In this document: one piece after another, positions 41,996 through 56,810 of the stretch
Layout of the letters: every line of letters starts with the position of its first letter
Numbering within the stretch: position 1 is the stretch's first letter
Origin: Eledone cirrhosa
Lineage: Eukaryota
Direction: 5' to 3'
DNA: 64,000 nt
NCBI GenBank assembly: GCA_964016885.1
Contig: OZ024740.1
Span: 164,114,001 to 164,178,000, forward strand
Notes under the pieces: generated by a model
Seen by the model: only the letters and a program-made list of their open reading frames with translations
Databases searched by the model: none
What the model was told of the DNA's origin: nothing
Program-made: the position numbers and the translations under genes

Positions 41996-44522
41996 AGAGA
42001 AGAAAAACTTAAATGTCTTAGACTTAACATGTTGAAAGAATAATATTTTTCGCGTAGTATAGTGAATAAGTACATACTACTTGCAAGTATTATGAGACAG
42101 ACTCGTAACGTCGGTTGTCTAAATGATTCTTTTACATACAAACTATACATTGTGTTAATAACTTTAAATCTTTGTAAGCATAAGCATAATTTATTTATGT
42201 TCCTTTCACTGGGTATTCAGTTTTACAAGCAATCGTCACCTATTTTGAATATAATGTACATGAAAGTTGAGATTTCTAAAGTAATAATTACATAAGTAAA
42301 ACGCATAAAAAAAATTGCCATTCGCTCTTGTCTCAGTAGCAGTCAATGGCAGAGAGATATCGACTGAAGGAAAATCTATATCACCGTGTATCTAGATCTC
42401 AGTTTCTTAAGAACTGCGGTAACTTTGAGCATTAATTACGTTCTATCTGTACAGTCATCACACAAGAAAGAAAGCTACAAATAAATGAGAATAAAGGAAT
42501 AAAGACTCAGACATTTGGTAAACTGAATTAGGTGTCAATCCTTCATAACAGGGACGTTTTGATGTCTACTGGGTTAATTTAGGGAATCGGCAAAAAATTT
42601 ACCAGGTTCAGTTTCTTTCTTACAGTAGGTGTATTCTTCTTTTGAGACACCTTGCATTACAATCTAGCAGTTAACTCTGGTTTGCAAATACAAACATTTA
42701 TTTTAATTTGTTATGAAGAAAATCCTATCCTGATTGTTCTATACAATATATGTGCTTGAGCAATTGACTGAAGACTCGAAGAACAGTAGTTTGGAATGAA
42801 TTGTTTAGTTTGAGATGAATGATGTGAAGTGAAATTTTCCTCAGGCAGTGCATTAAAGATGAATTACATTTAGGCTATTAACGACTTGTATCAGAAACAC
42901 TAGAGCATATTGCCTTATTTCCGGGATCTACTTGGATAATGTTTTGTATTCTGAAAACGAAGACAAATGCATCGTATTTGATTGACGTTGGGCATATAAT
43001 CCGCGCTTTCTGGTATTTGCTTCTGACAATGAATGCTTCATTCATGTTGCTTCTATGTTTTCTATTCGTTAATAAGAGTAAAGGAAAAGGTAAAAAAGAA
43101 TAAACAACGCTTCTTTCTATTAAATTTTAAACTTCTTAATGCAATGTAGTAATTAAAATGATTGAAAAGCTAGATCGTAAATTCACGAATTTTATCGTAA
43201 AATTCATGGATTTCGTGTTGTTTTAAAAGGGAGAAATTAAAGTAGAAATGCATATTAGCATTGGCACTTCCATAGTTTCGTTAAATATAATTGATTGAAA
43301 ATATGTTTGGGAATTCGTAATCATTTCCTATTTACAATGAATGTGAATGACGGATAAACATTTATTGCAGTAATACAGATGTGATTATTTTCAACCGGAC
43401 GCCTTAATGTTTATGAACATAATTGATGGAACTGCTATTCCCACTGAATATAGATAATATGTTTTAGTGAAATTAATAAGTAAATACATATGTCTATAAA
43501 AGAAAAGCGTGTAATCAATAATCATTGGTAGAGACTTTTACACTTCTGACTGAATAGCACGAATGTGTTTGAGAGAATCTCCTGACGTTGTAATTCAGTT
43601 AGACTGGAATCAATCACTGTCAGGAATATTTAGGTTCCAGTCTATACAACAGATGTTCCCTAATGTGATATTGTTGTATATATATTGATTTCTAACATTT
43701 GGTACAAGGCCTTAAACATTTTGGAGATGAAACGTGTATAGTCACTCAAGATTTAACTGGTTCTTTATTTTATCGACTCCAAAAAGATGAAAGATAACCT
43801 ATGCGCAATTTGAAATCAAAGCGTAAATCGACTGCATTTTTGTTACACAATCCATGATATTTGGCATCAGCATATAGCATCATATTGAGAGAACGAGGAA
43901 TAATCGATTATATTGATCTCAGCTCTTGAATTGTACTTTATTCAATCGATAGAAGGATGAAAAGTCAATCACCAGCTATATTTGAACTTATAATATAATT
44001 AAATTCTACAAGTTATTTTTATTCGTCGCTCTACTGCTTCTGTAAATTAACTGCCTTGTTGTTGTACAAGCACTGATTTTTCGATAAGCACAAGAACTAA
44101 AAGTAGAGGTAAAGAAACAATCAATTATATCGGCACTGGAAGTATAAAAGACAAAGTTCACTTGGACGAAATTTCAAACCAGAACGTAGGTATTCATTGC
44201 CTTTTTGTTCATACAAATATCAAACACAATATTAAACACAAGAGTGATTGTAACAGGATAAAGAAGTTTACCCTTTGAAATAAATAACGAAATTACTGAA
44301 ATATCTTCCATTAATACATTAAGAAAAGCAAATTCAATTACAATAGGAATTAAATTCATTAACAGAAGTGACAGGAAATATTGTAAAATATTTACAATAC
44401 TACGTATTGTAAGTATATACTCGTATATATAATCTACCATGGAATATATCGATACATATTAGCTACCACTGTATGCATAGACAGACGTAAACGCTTTGTA
44501 TATAGAATATCTCGAACGAATC

Positions 44523-44621
<99 letters not shown>

Positions 44622-45829
44622 AATGTTTCCATCTATATCTACCGTATTGGTTAAAGGCCTGTAGCTATATTCTGTAGCACAGCATAGTACTGAAACAAAG
44701 CTTTGGTTCATGACTAATTTATTAGTAGAAATAGCCTTCACGAATATGTAATATGTGTAAATTGATTTATTCACTCATATTAAGCTCTTTGTACTCGTTA
44801 GCTTATAAGCAGTATCTTCGTAGAGAGCCGTGAACGGCATCCCAACACAGGATTGAAACTTGTTTTCTGCATGGTCAAATAGTAAGCATATCTCTTTGAA
44901 ATCGCCGCCAAGAGTCATGAAAAGGAAGGATGCTTTGTGTGATGTCATACAAAAAGTGTCTGAAAATAAGAGACGTAGAAATAACATCTGGCCTAGGGTT
45001 AAACAACAGCCACAAACAAACTAATAAAAAAAAAATAAGACGGATTATTTTGTACAAATCTCCCTTCATAAAACTAGATTGAACCAGTATTAACTGCTGC
45101 TAAGTACTCGTTGAGCCTAGATCTAACGCTGGTAGTAAAATGACAATATAGAATATAAAGGGATTGTACTCAATCTTGAATTTATCAAGCATCCTCGCTG
45201 TGATTAACTGTGTAGCCATATACTTCTACACGAAAGATCAACAAAAACATAAAACAACATAACAAAGTATAAAAAAAGACATGACAAAAAGTAACAAAAC
45301 AAAAAAAAAATGACAAAAAAACTATTTCACTAATGCCCTTGCATTCAAAATCACGCTGTCTCAAGCACTGGAGTAACTGTTTGTGCATCAGTCACCCTAG
45401 TTTGAAAGATCACATGCAGAGATGTCCGTCAGAAGTGCAATTATATCACCCACTCCACCACTATCTGGCCTGACCATTGATAGGTTGAAAAAGAGAGAAA
45501 AAGTGTTTCTATAAAACAAAGAAATGCAACTTATCAAATTTCCAAATCGCTGCATTTGGCATCTGGAACTGCTAAGCAAGGTCTGCCACACGATTTTTTG
45601 GAATTTAACCCAAAATAAGTTAATAAATAAATTGTATATACACACATACATACATACACAAACACGTTTGCAAACATGTAATATACACATGGATATATAC
45701 ATATATATGTACATAAATATATATATGTTTATATATACATATATATAATACACACACACACGCATCTATATGTCCCCCACTCTTTCTCTATGTGTATATA
45801 TATACATATAGATATATATATACATATAG

Positions 45830-45901
<72 letters not shown>

Positions 45902-45957
45902 ATATATATATTATATATATGTATATATATATATGTATAAATATATATATATATGTA

Positions 45958-46086
<129 letters not shown>

Positions 46087-46140
46087 CGTTTCTGAATTTG
46101 TTTAGCAAGATTCTTTATCTGAAATCGTGTGTTGAAACCG

Positions 46141-46471
46141 ATATTGTTATACTTTGGGAGGGTCATGTTGCCAATAAGAAACACAAGCACCAGTTGCTTT
46201 CACTTCAATTTATTATATATTTATAAATTTATAAATTTACAAATCCACAAACTTATAAATTTCTGGTTGGTTCCACAGAGTGTGTGACGAAAGGACTATG
46301 ACTATATATAAATAACTATCTGGTTGTGGAACCAACCAACCAACCAACCAACCAACCATATTTATAAGTTTGTGGACTTGTAAATTTATAAATTTATAAA
46401 TATATAATAAATTGAAGTGAAAGCAACTGGTGCGTGTGTTTCTTATTGGCAACATGACCCTCCCAAAGTAT

Positions 46472-46479
<8 letters not shown>
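46141..46479. mobile_element. Short PLE derivative: inverted pair of 3' termini of the 60-62 kb PLE family
   Basis: 46274-46479 matches 61844-62009 (half hammerhead tgtgacgaaag.act.tgac to cccaaagtataacaatat); 46141-46277 is the inverted terminus; (TA)n follows. Confidence 0.85.
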
Positions 46480-46521
<42 letters not shown>

Positions 46522-47022
46522 TCATCATCAACGTTTAACGTCCGTGTTCCACGCTTGCATGGGTTTGGACGGGGGTATTCCCACTTGAGGCAAGAGTGAT
46601 TGTCTTGCTCGCATAGGACTGTCTGGCAGGTTTTCTACAGTTGGATGCCCTTCCTAACACCAACCACATTTACAGTGTGGGACTGGGAGGTTTTTACCGT
46701 GTTGCCTACACGGCCACATTACAGCGTGGACTGTGTGTTTTTTTGTCGTGACACCTACACGATCTCATTTGTTTCGGCCTGGATGTTGTGGCACCAACAT
46801 AACTTTACATAGGAGGGGGTGGTGTGGATGGGGGTGTGAGTGGTGGGACGGAGGTGTATTTTGTTAGAGATGCCTACTGGCTGTAGTAGATTTTACTATG
46901 TATTTAGGTAAGGCGGGTCTTCTCTATTACTGAGTACCGCCAAAGGTCTCGGTCCAGTGACATTGTCTTGGAGAGGTGTAAGTGTGTGAGGTCGGAGTTT
47001 ATATATATATATATATATATGC

Positions 47023-47075
<53 letters not shown>

Positions 47076-47110
47076 GTATATATATGTATAAATATATATA
47101 TATATATGTA

Positions 47111-47190
<80 letters not shown>

Positions 47191-47195
<5 letters not shown>

Positions 47196-47695
47196 GAAGT
47201 TAATATGCCCGTGGGTACTAAGTACCCCTGGAAATATATAGGTTGTCTATGATTTAAGGTTGTTCTATGGTATTAATTTGACATACCAGAACTATCATAT
47301 TAAGATAAGCAGAACAAGCAAAATTCAACCAATTTTTTAAAATAAATTAAAAAATATAATTTAAATATTTACCTATTCTTTTGGCCCTTACCGATCGGTT
47401 TCGCTTTGTAAAACACCAGAAATCCAATGGATTTCTAATGGAAAATCAAAGCTCATCAGAGAAGCATTTTCCTTTCCTAGGGCTAAAGACCCAGGAACGA
47501 TAAAATATATTGTTATCTGCCAGCTAGCACAGATCCAAAAGGCCGAAAAATGACGCGTACGTGAACTGCCCGAGGTGAAAGCGGGAAAAGCATAGACGTG
47601 TTGTCTATCTCGTTACTAAAAATAGCAGCTAAATAGAAACAACAGATTTGTTCTCAACATAACAGAGAATAATAGAAGAAGTTAATATGCCCGTG

Positions 47696-47699
<4 letters not shown>
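47191..47699 (-). mobile_element. Retrozyme-like monomer: 482-bp period with 27-bp terminal redundancy, between (TA)n tracts
   Basis: tagaagaagttaatatgcccgtgggta at 47191 and 47673; internal hammerhead. Confidence 0.8.
47384..47465 (-). ncRNA. Type I hammerhead ribozyme with extended stem II
   Basis: Minus strand gcttct-CTGATGA-GCTTTG..CATTAGAAATCC att GGATTTCTGGTG..CAAAGC-GAAA-CCGATCGG-TA-agggc. Palindromic ACCGATCGGT stem III; stem I is weak (G-U rich). Confidence 0.78.
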
Positions 47700-47765
<66 letters not shown>

Positions 47766-48124
47766 CATATATATATATGTGTGTGTGTGTGTATTAGAGA
47801 GTTAAACAATAGGTATATAGTTTTCTACATACATTCTGTTCTATTGTTTCTATAGTTGCCTTCAATCGTTTCTGTATTTATATTATAAACAATAAACATA
47901 TAAAGAACGAATGTATAAACCAGTAAAATAAATTAAATAAGATATCAAATATTCCACCCGTTATTTTATTTCATGTCTGTTTCTGTCTTTTAATATTTGG
48001 AGAAATGAGTACGTTAAACTCACTAAAGCATACATAAGTTTAAAATATGAAGCAGTAGCTTTACAAAGAACAACAATGGAGAACACAACACAAGCTGTGT
48101 TCTTGTTATTATTCCTCTTAGAAT

Positions 48125-50692
<2,568 letters not shown>

Positions 50693-52512
50693 TCAGCAGA
50701 ACAGTGAGCATCAAGAATGTTTAAGTCCACTGCAGCGAAATTTGAAAGACTACTGAAAGGCGTTTAATGTAGTACTCTACTATTTCACTTGGACTCAGGA
50801 CGTAAAAGGGTGAATTTTAATATTGTCAATAATCAGTAAATACTGATTATAAACTGAGGACGTGTATAATGTATAATTTATAATGTCCTCAGTATATTAC
50901 TACTTTTTATCTTATTGACTCCAGAGGATCGAAAGACAAAATCAATGCTGGATCTATTTTAAAGTCAGAATGTAAAAGGAAGTAACTATAAAAACAATAC
51001 AAATTCTGTCAAGCTGTTGCCTTGATTTTGTTAACTCTCTAACTATGATATCAAATAACTTATGTATTAGGAAAGAACTCAGACGATTAAATCAATTCGA
51101 GTACTTGACTGCTACGCTTATACTGCCAGCCTTGAAAGACGAAAAGAGACGTCAACTTAGAATATCAAGAGACAGTAACTAATTGTTGCACACAGTTCGT
51201 CCGGTGCACTACCGATTCTACCATCCACTGCTACCAAAAGAACATTTATTCTGTGAGTACATTAGTTCTTTAAGATTCAAATGTACCCAAATTACAATTT
51301 ATAGACATCAGCCTCAGTACGATACAATATCTAAGGCGGCGAATTGGCAAACCCGGTAGAACGTCGGGTCGAATGTCTTGCGCTGTGACTTCTTTTATCT
51401 CTTTTTTTCACTGGATAGTACATATAATTCCAGCTTTGTCACATATTTGTATCATGCTAACTCGGCCTGAGAATTACGCTAAGGGCATGGTTGTGGGGTA
51501 CTCAGCCACACACACGTTAATTTCACGAGTAGAGATTTAGTTCGTCGAAAATCAAACAAACAAATAAAAGACAAAACAAAACAAAAACAAAAACAAAAAC
51601 AAAAACAAAAAAAAACTGAATGTTCATCGCCAAAACGACGGAGAATATACTTTGTCACTCGAAATATCAGAAAGTCCCTGCCGTTGGTTTAATATTTAAT
51701 AAACACATGATCACAACATAGGAGGGTTGGAATGAAGTTGATAAAATCGACTCTAGTACTTTACTAATGCTTATTTTGTCACTTCTCAGAAGGATGAAAG
51801 TTAATGTATAATCCAACGATTTGAAATGAGATGCTATTTAACACCGGAATCATATACAATCCAGGAGGCCAATGTAATGAAATTAGTACACAATATTTAA
51901 GTTGAATTTTCAGACACGAATTAATAGACTGTTAGTGTCACCTTTTCAATCCATTTGTAACATTTTCCACCACCATGAATCGTATTTAATTAAATTATGA
52001 AAACATTTCTCTATTTACAAAAACCATGTCAAATCATAATAAATATTTTATACTGATAATGTTCTTTCAGGTGGCGAATTGACAGTGTCATTAGAACGTC
52101 GGATAGAATACGCGTGGTTGCGTTTTGACTCTCTGCGACTGGGTCTCTCCCTCAGATGACAACTTTGCATGTCATCCTTTCGCGGTCAATAAATAAAGTA
52201 GTAATCTAGTACTGGGGTCGATTCTTACTCAATATCGTTTTTTTCATTTCCACTCTCTCATTTTCTTCTGGAAAGAAACCAATTGTATTCAGTCGCCAGA
52301 TTTTTGTTTACATTCACAAAATAAGATTACATTTTATTTTATTTAGATTGTTCACGTTCGTCATTCTGTTCATAAACACACACATGAATTATTTAAATCT
52401 ATGTTCGTCTCAGAGTTATTTTGCTTGTAACAGCTTTCGTACTCAAGCAAATTAGTACGTTGTGTACAAAATAAAAATCACTGATCAAACAGATCTCAGA
52501 GGAAATGTATCA

Positions 52513-52543
52513 CTGATGAGATCTAATAACATCGAAACATGTC
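52513..52543 (+). ncRNA. Hammerhead core relic resembling the 466-bp array hammerhead
   Basis: CTGATGA-GAT ctaataac ATC-GAAA-CATG-TC; palindromic ACATGT stem III; no stem I found. Confidence 0.55.
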
Positions 52544-52821
52544 GGAAGTTTTTAACTTGATTGATAAGAAATAATATAATTTTATCTTAAGCATGAAAAT
52601 TAATTCGTGATTTCTTATTTAATAATCTTCTTTGTTTAGAGAGTCACTAAGAATTGGTGTGTAGTTTTGGTTATATATATATATATACGTGTGTATTTGA
52701 ATTTCGTATTTCTAAAGAAATGCGTTATGTTTATAAATAAATATTTAGAAAGTCATACCTATGAATTACACACTGGCAGCTAACGCCAACAGGTGGTGCC
52801 CGGCAGAAGTAAGGGGGGACA

Positions 52822-52865
52822 ATCGTAGATGCATTTCGAACTCAACTGGTTCTCCTCATGACGAT
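52822..52865 (-). ncRNA. Degenerate type I hammerhead motif
   Basis: Minus strand ATCGT-c-ATGAGGA-GAAC cagttga GTTC-GAAA-TGCA-TC-t-ACGAT; palindromic ATGCAT stem III; C3 altered. Confidence 0.55.
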
Positions 52866-52984
52866 CTGACCCGCTCTTGCAACTGCTGGACTTTGAAAAC
52901 AGGCGAAAATATAAAGTTTATTCGTCTATGCAAATGAGGTGATTAATCTCATTTGCAGACGAAAAAACTATATATATATGCAAA

Positions 52985-53083
<99 letters not shown>

Positions 53084-55401
53084 CGACGAAACAATGGTAA
53101 ATCTGAAAACTTTTTCATTAAAAAACAAATTGCTAATTTTACTGAAATTAAATCGTTTATTAGATAATATACAACGTTTGTTTATTCATAAACAATACTT
53201 AATAATCAATGAATATGTTGCAATTATTTTGTAAGCTTCTAATGACTCTGAAATCTGTCTAATCATTCTGTCTAAAAGACTTTTCAATAATGCAAATATT
53301 AATTTGTACGATTTTTCTTGGCAGACAAAAATAACGATTCTGCTGATAAAAGCTATTGTATTTTAACTTTGATTTATCGACCTCCCCAAAATATAAAGTT
53401 TAGCTTTGGAGATTGTCCAGGCCGAAATGATGTCTGAATTTGAAGATATTGTAAAAATATTTCGTCTAATTTGAGAGAATGAGTAGGAAAATTATTGGGC
53501 TATATTTTCGGTTTGCTTTTGTATAAAGATAAGATACGAAAAATGTCATATTTGTAATATAATACAGTGGTATGATTACCGTAAAGAATATGGGGGAAAA
53601 CATCGATATCGAGGGGGCACCCATCATCATGTATGTACGTATGTATATATGTATGTATGTATGTATGTATATATGTATGTATGTATGAAAGTGTGTAAAT
53701 ATCTATATAGACATGTACCGCGCAGTTAAACCACTGGGAGTGAAGGACCCCTAGCCTTTGTCAGGGCATTCTTCTAGGAGAAGGCAACTCAGGAAACTGG
53801 GATAACTGCGGCTCAGTAGTTACCGATGATGTTGATATTTTCTTCTTTTCGCGTTATAGCTACTGTCGCCCAGAGAGTGGGATTGGCTCAGTGCACAGTC
53901 TTTCCTCACTTTAAAAAATATCTTCACGCACAGGAATTGCACGATAGAATTAATTAATAATTATTAATAATGGTATATCGTGCAATGGCCATACTCGATA
54001 ACGAGGGGGAAGCCATCATGTATGTATGTATACCAACAACTATTCAATATACATATGATCAGTATTCCACTGTGGTTCGTATTTCTGCTTTGTAATGATC
54101 AAAGTTGAAATATCTGCTTGCCTCGAAAAGGGAGACTTCTCTTTCGAAATCATTTTTTAAAATCCCCTGTGTTGTGTTTTAGTATTTGTTAGGGCTGTAT
54201 GAAAGTAATAAAATATGTGCCTAGGTTAGGAATTATTATTATTATTGGGGATGTATTGAAAAGGAATGAATGAACCTCACAACATACCATTCCTTGTTTT
54301 ATATAAATCCGAGGCATTATTCCTCTCTTAGAAATCATTATTTATATTTTCACATTTTATCTGTATTTTGCAGTTATAGGCTCACATCTTTCTTCTATTT
54401 CCCCCGTCTGTCATTTTTATTCTTATTGTTAGGTTTTCTGAAAAACAAAACAAAAAAAACACACAAAAAAAAAATGGTCTTCATCGTTTTAAAAAAATTT
54501 TCGTCTGTCAGCCTCCGCCCACATTTTCTGTCTCCTTTCTTAATCCTTTTCCAATTTTTTCTTTATTTCTTTTTCTCCTGTGATATTTTATCATCCTTTG
54601 AATCCTTTGAAAGCGTTTAGATATAGATATGATTAGTGTAGACAAACAACTCCACCGCTATCCTTCTTTCCCATATTTTACTCGCACCATTCTTTCTTCT
54701 ATTCATTCATATTTGTTATATATCTCCATATCCATTCATTGTTCTCAACTTCCCATCTCATTTCTACCCTTTCAGCTTCTTACATTCCTTTCTCTTATTT
54801 TCTCTTCCTCTTCACTTTATTTTTACGACGTGTTTCTATTATTTTTTCTTCAATGTTTCAGAAAACACTTTCTATATTTTACCCTTGTTTAGTTCCTCTC
54901 TTTTAGCAAAGATTGCCATTTTTATTCCCTCTATTCATACCTTGGTTGTCACCTCCCCTCCGTGAGCTTTCACTCTCTCTCAGAAAAAATAATATTCGTA
55001 ATTTTTGCAGTTATACTTTACAATGCCCAACCTAATATTTTCTATTTTATTGAAATACTCAATCTATATCCACATTTATCTATGTGAGTCTCTCTTTTGG
55101 GTCTTTCGTTACTGTTTGTTTTCCCCATTTAACCCCCCCCCCCTCAATTTTTCCTCCCCTTTCCTTCCTGCTCTGATATTATGCCACATTCGTAAATTTT
55201 CGCAAATTTTCTTCCTATATCACCATGCTCCACCTGTCATCATTCATGTGTGCTTTTTCCGAATTTTGTACCTTTTTTTTCAGCACTCTTTGTCATCTGT
55301 ACAATAGTTTGTGGTTTGCACATATCCCTCATATTTATCGTTCACTGCCTTTCTCCTCCCCCCTCTCTCTCTCTATATATATATATATATATGTGTGTGT
55401 G

Positions 55402-55460
<59 letters not shown>

Positions 55461-55646
55461 ATATACATATATGTATATATATGTATATAAATATTCATAT
55501 ATGTACATACTGATACAAACCCACATACATCCTCATATATATATGTATGTGATATATACGAATAAACAAAATCAAGGCGCACACACACATATATGCACAT
55601 ATATGTCCAAAACATACACATACACACACACATATATATGTATACA

Positions 55647-55695
<49 letters not shown>

Positions 55696-55708
55696 CAGTA
55701 TATACATA

Positions 55709-55820
<112 letters not shown>

Positions 55821-55826
55821 TGTACA

Positions 55827-55886
<60 letters not shown>

Positions 55887-56810
55887 ATACATTGCATGAC
55901 GTCTGCATTTGTCTTTTATATTATCTTCTTCATTTCTTTTCTGATTTCAAAAGACAAATATTTTACTATTTGTCCTATCTTTCCATTTGTTGTTTCTGTT
56001 CTTTTCACAATTTCCTGTTTATAACTATTCCACCGCTTTCGTAACGTTCCACCACATCTTTATCGCTTCTATCTTTTCATTCTTTAATTTCAGCTCTTAA
56101 GAAAGAAGTATGGGAGGTATCCAAAAGGTAAAGATTTATTTTCTTACGCACAAAATATTTGTTTTCTTTTCACCGAAAAGACCTGTAAGATAAAGCAGAA
56201 TTGAGGTCATATGATAAAAACGTTTCTGACGCTGAACCAGTTTAAACAAAGCGGACGTCCTCGACAGAACACAAGATTTACATTCGCTTCAAGTTGTCGA
56301 CACTGATAAAAGACAAGGTACAAACCTATCATGACCTATTATTCCTTCATTTGTAATAGTGCTGTTATCATTTCAACTACTGGCACCTATATATTTTTAA
56401 AACTTAGTCTGGGAAGGACCAGGCCCCTAAACAGTTAAGGTTTGAAGTATGAAGATATTTGATCGATGTTCCTGCAGTTATCATTCACTCTCATTGTTGT
56501 TGCCAGAAGTTGCGACCAGTAGAAAATATCAGAATGGGAAGACCAATGGAAACATAATTTTTTTGGTTCAATCTGACAATCGGATCCTTGCCTTATAATT
56601 GGAAGCATAACATTGTTAGATAAGGAAGTTATTGGTGGATGCAATTTTGGTGAATGACAGAATGGACAAAATGTTTAATATGTAATATAGGATAATATCT
56701 TCGATCAAAGGAATATGATAGAAAAGTAATATTGATCAAAGAATTTTGATCAAAGAAATACGATCAAAGGAATTCCTGCTTTGATCATGTCATCACATTT
56801 TCAATGACTA

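Noticed and set aside
45397-45480. Possible minus-strand exon after a pyrimidine tract
   Set aside because: Stop codons in all frames and no recognisable homology.
56215-56272. Minus-strand hammerhead-like CTGTCGA...GAAACGTT
   Set aside because: Core mutated and no stem I; too weak to call.
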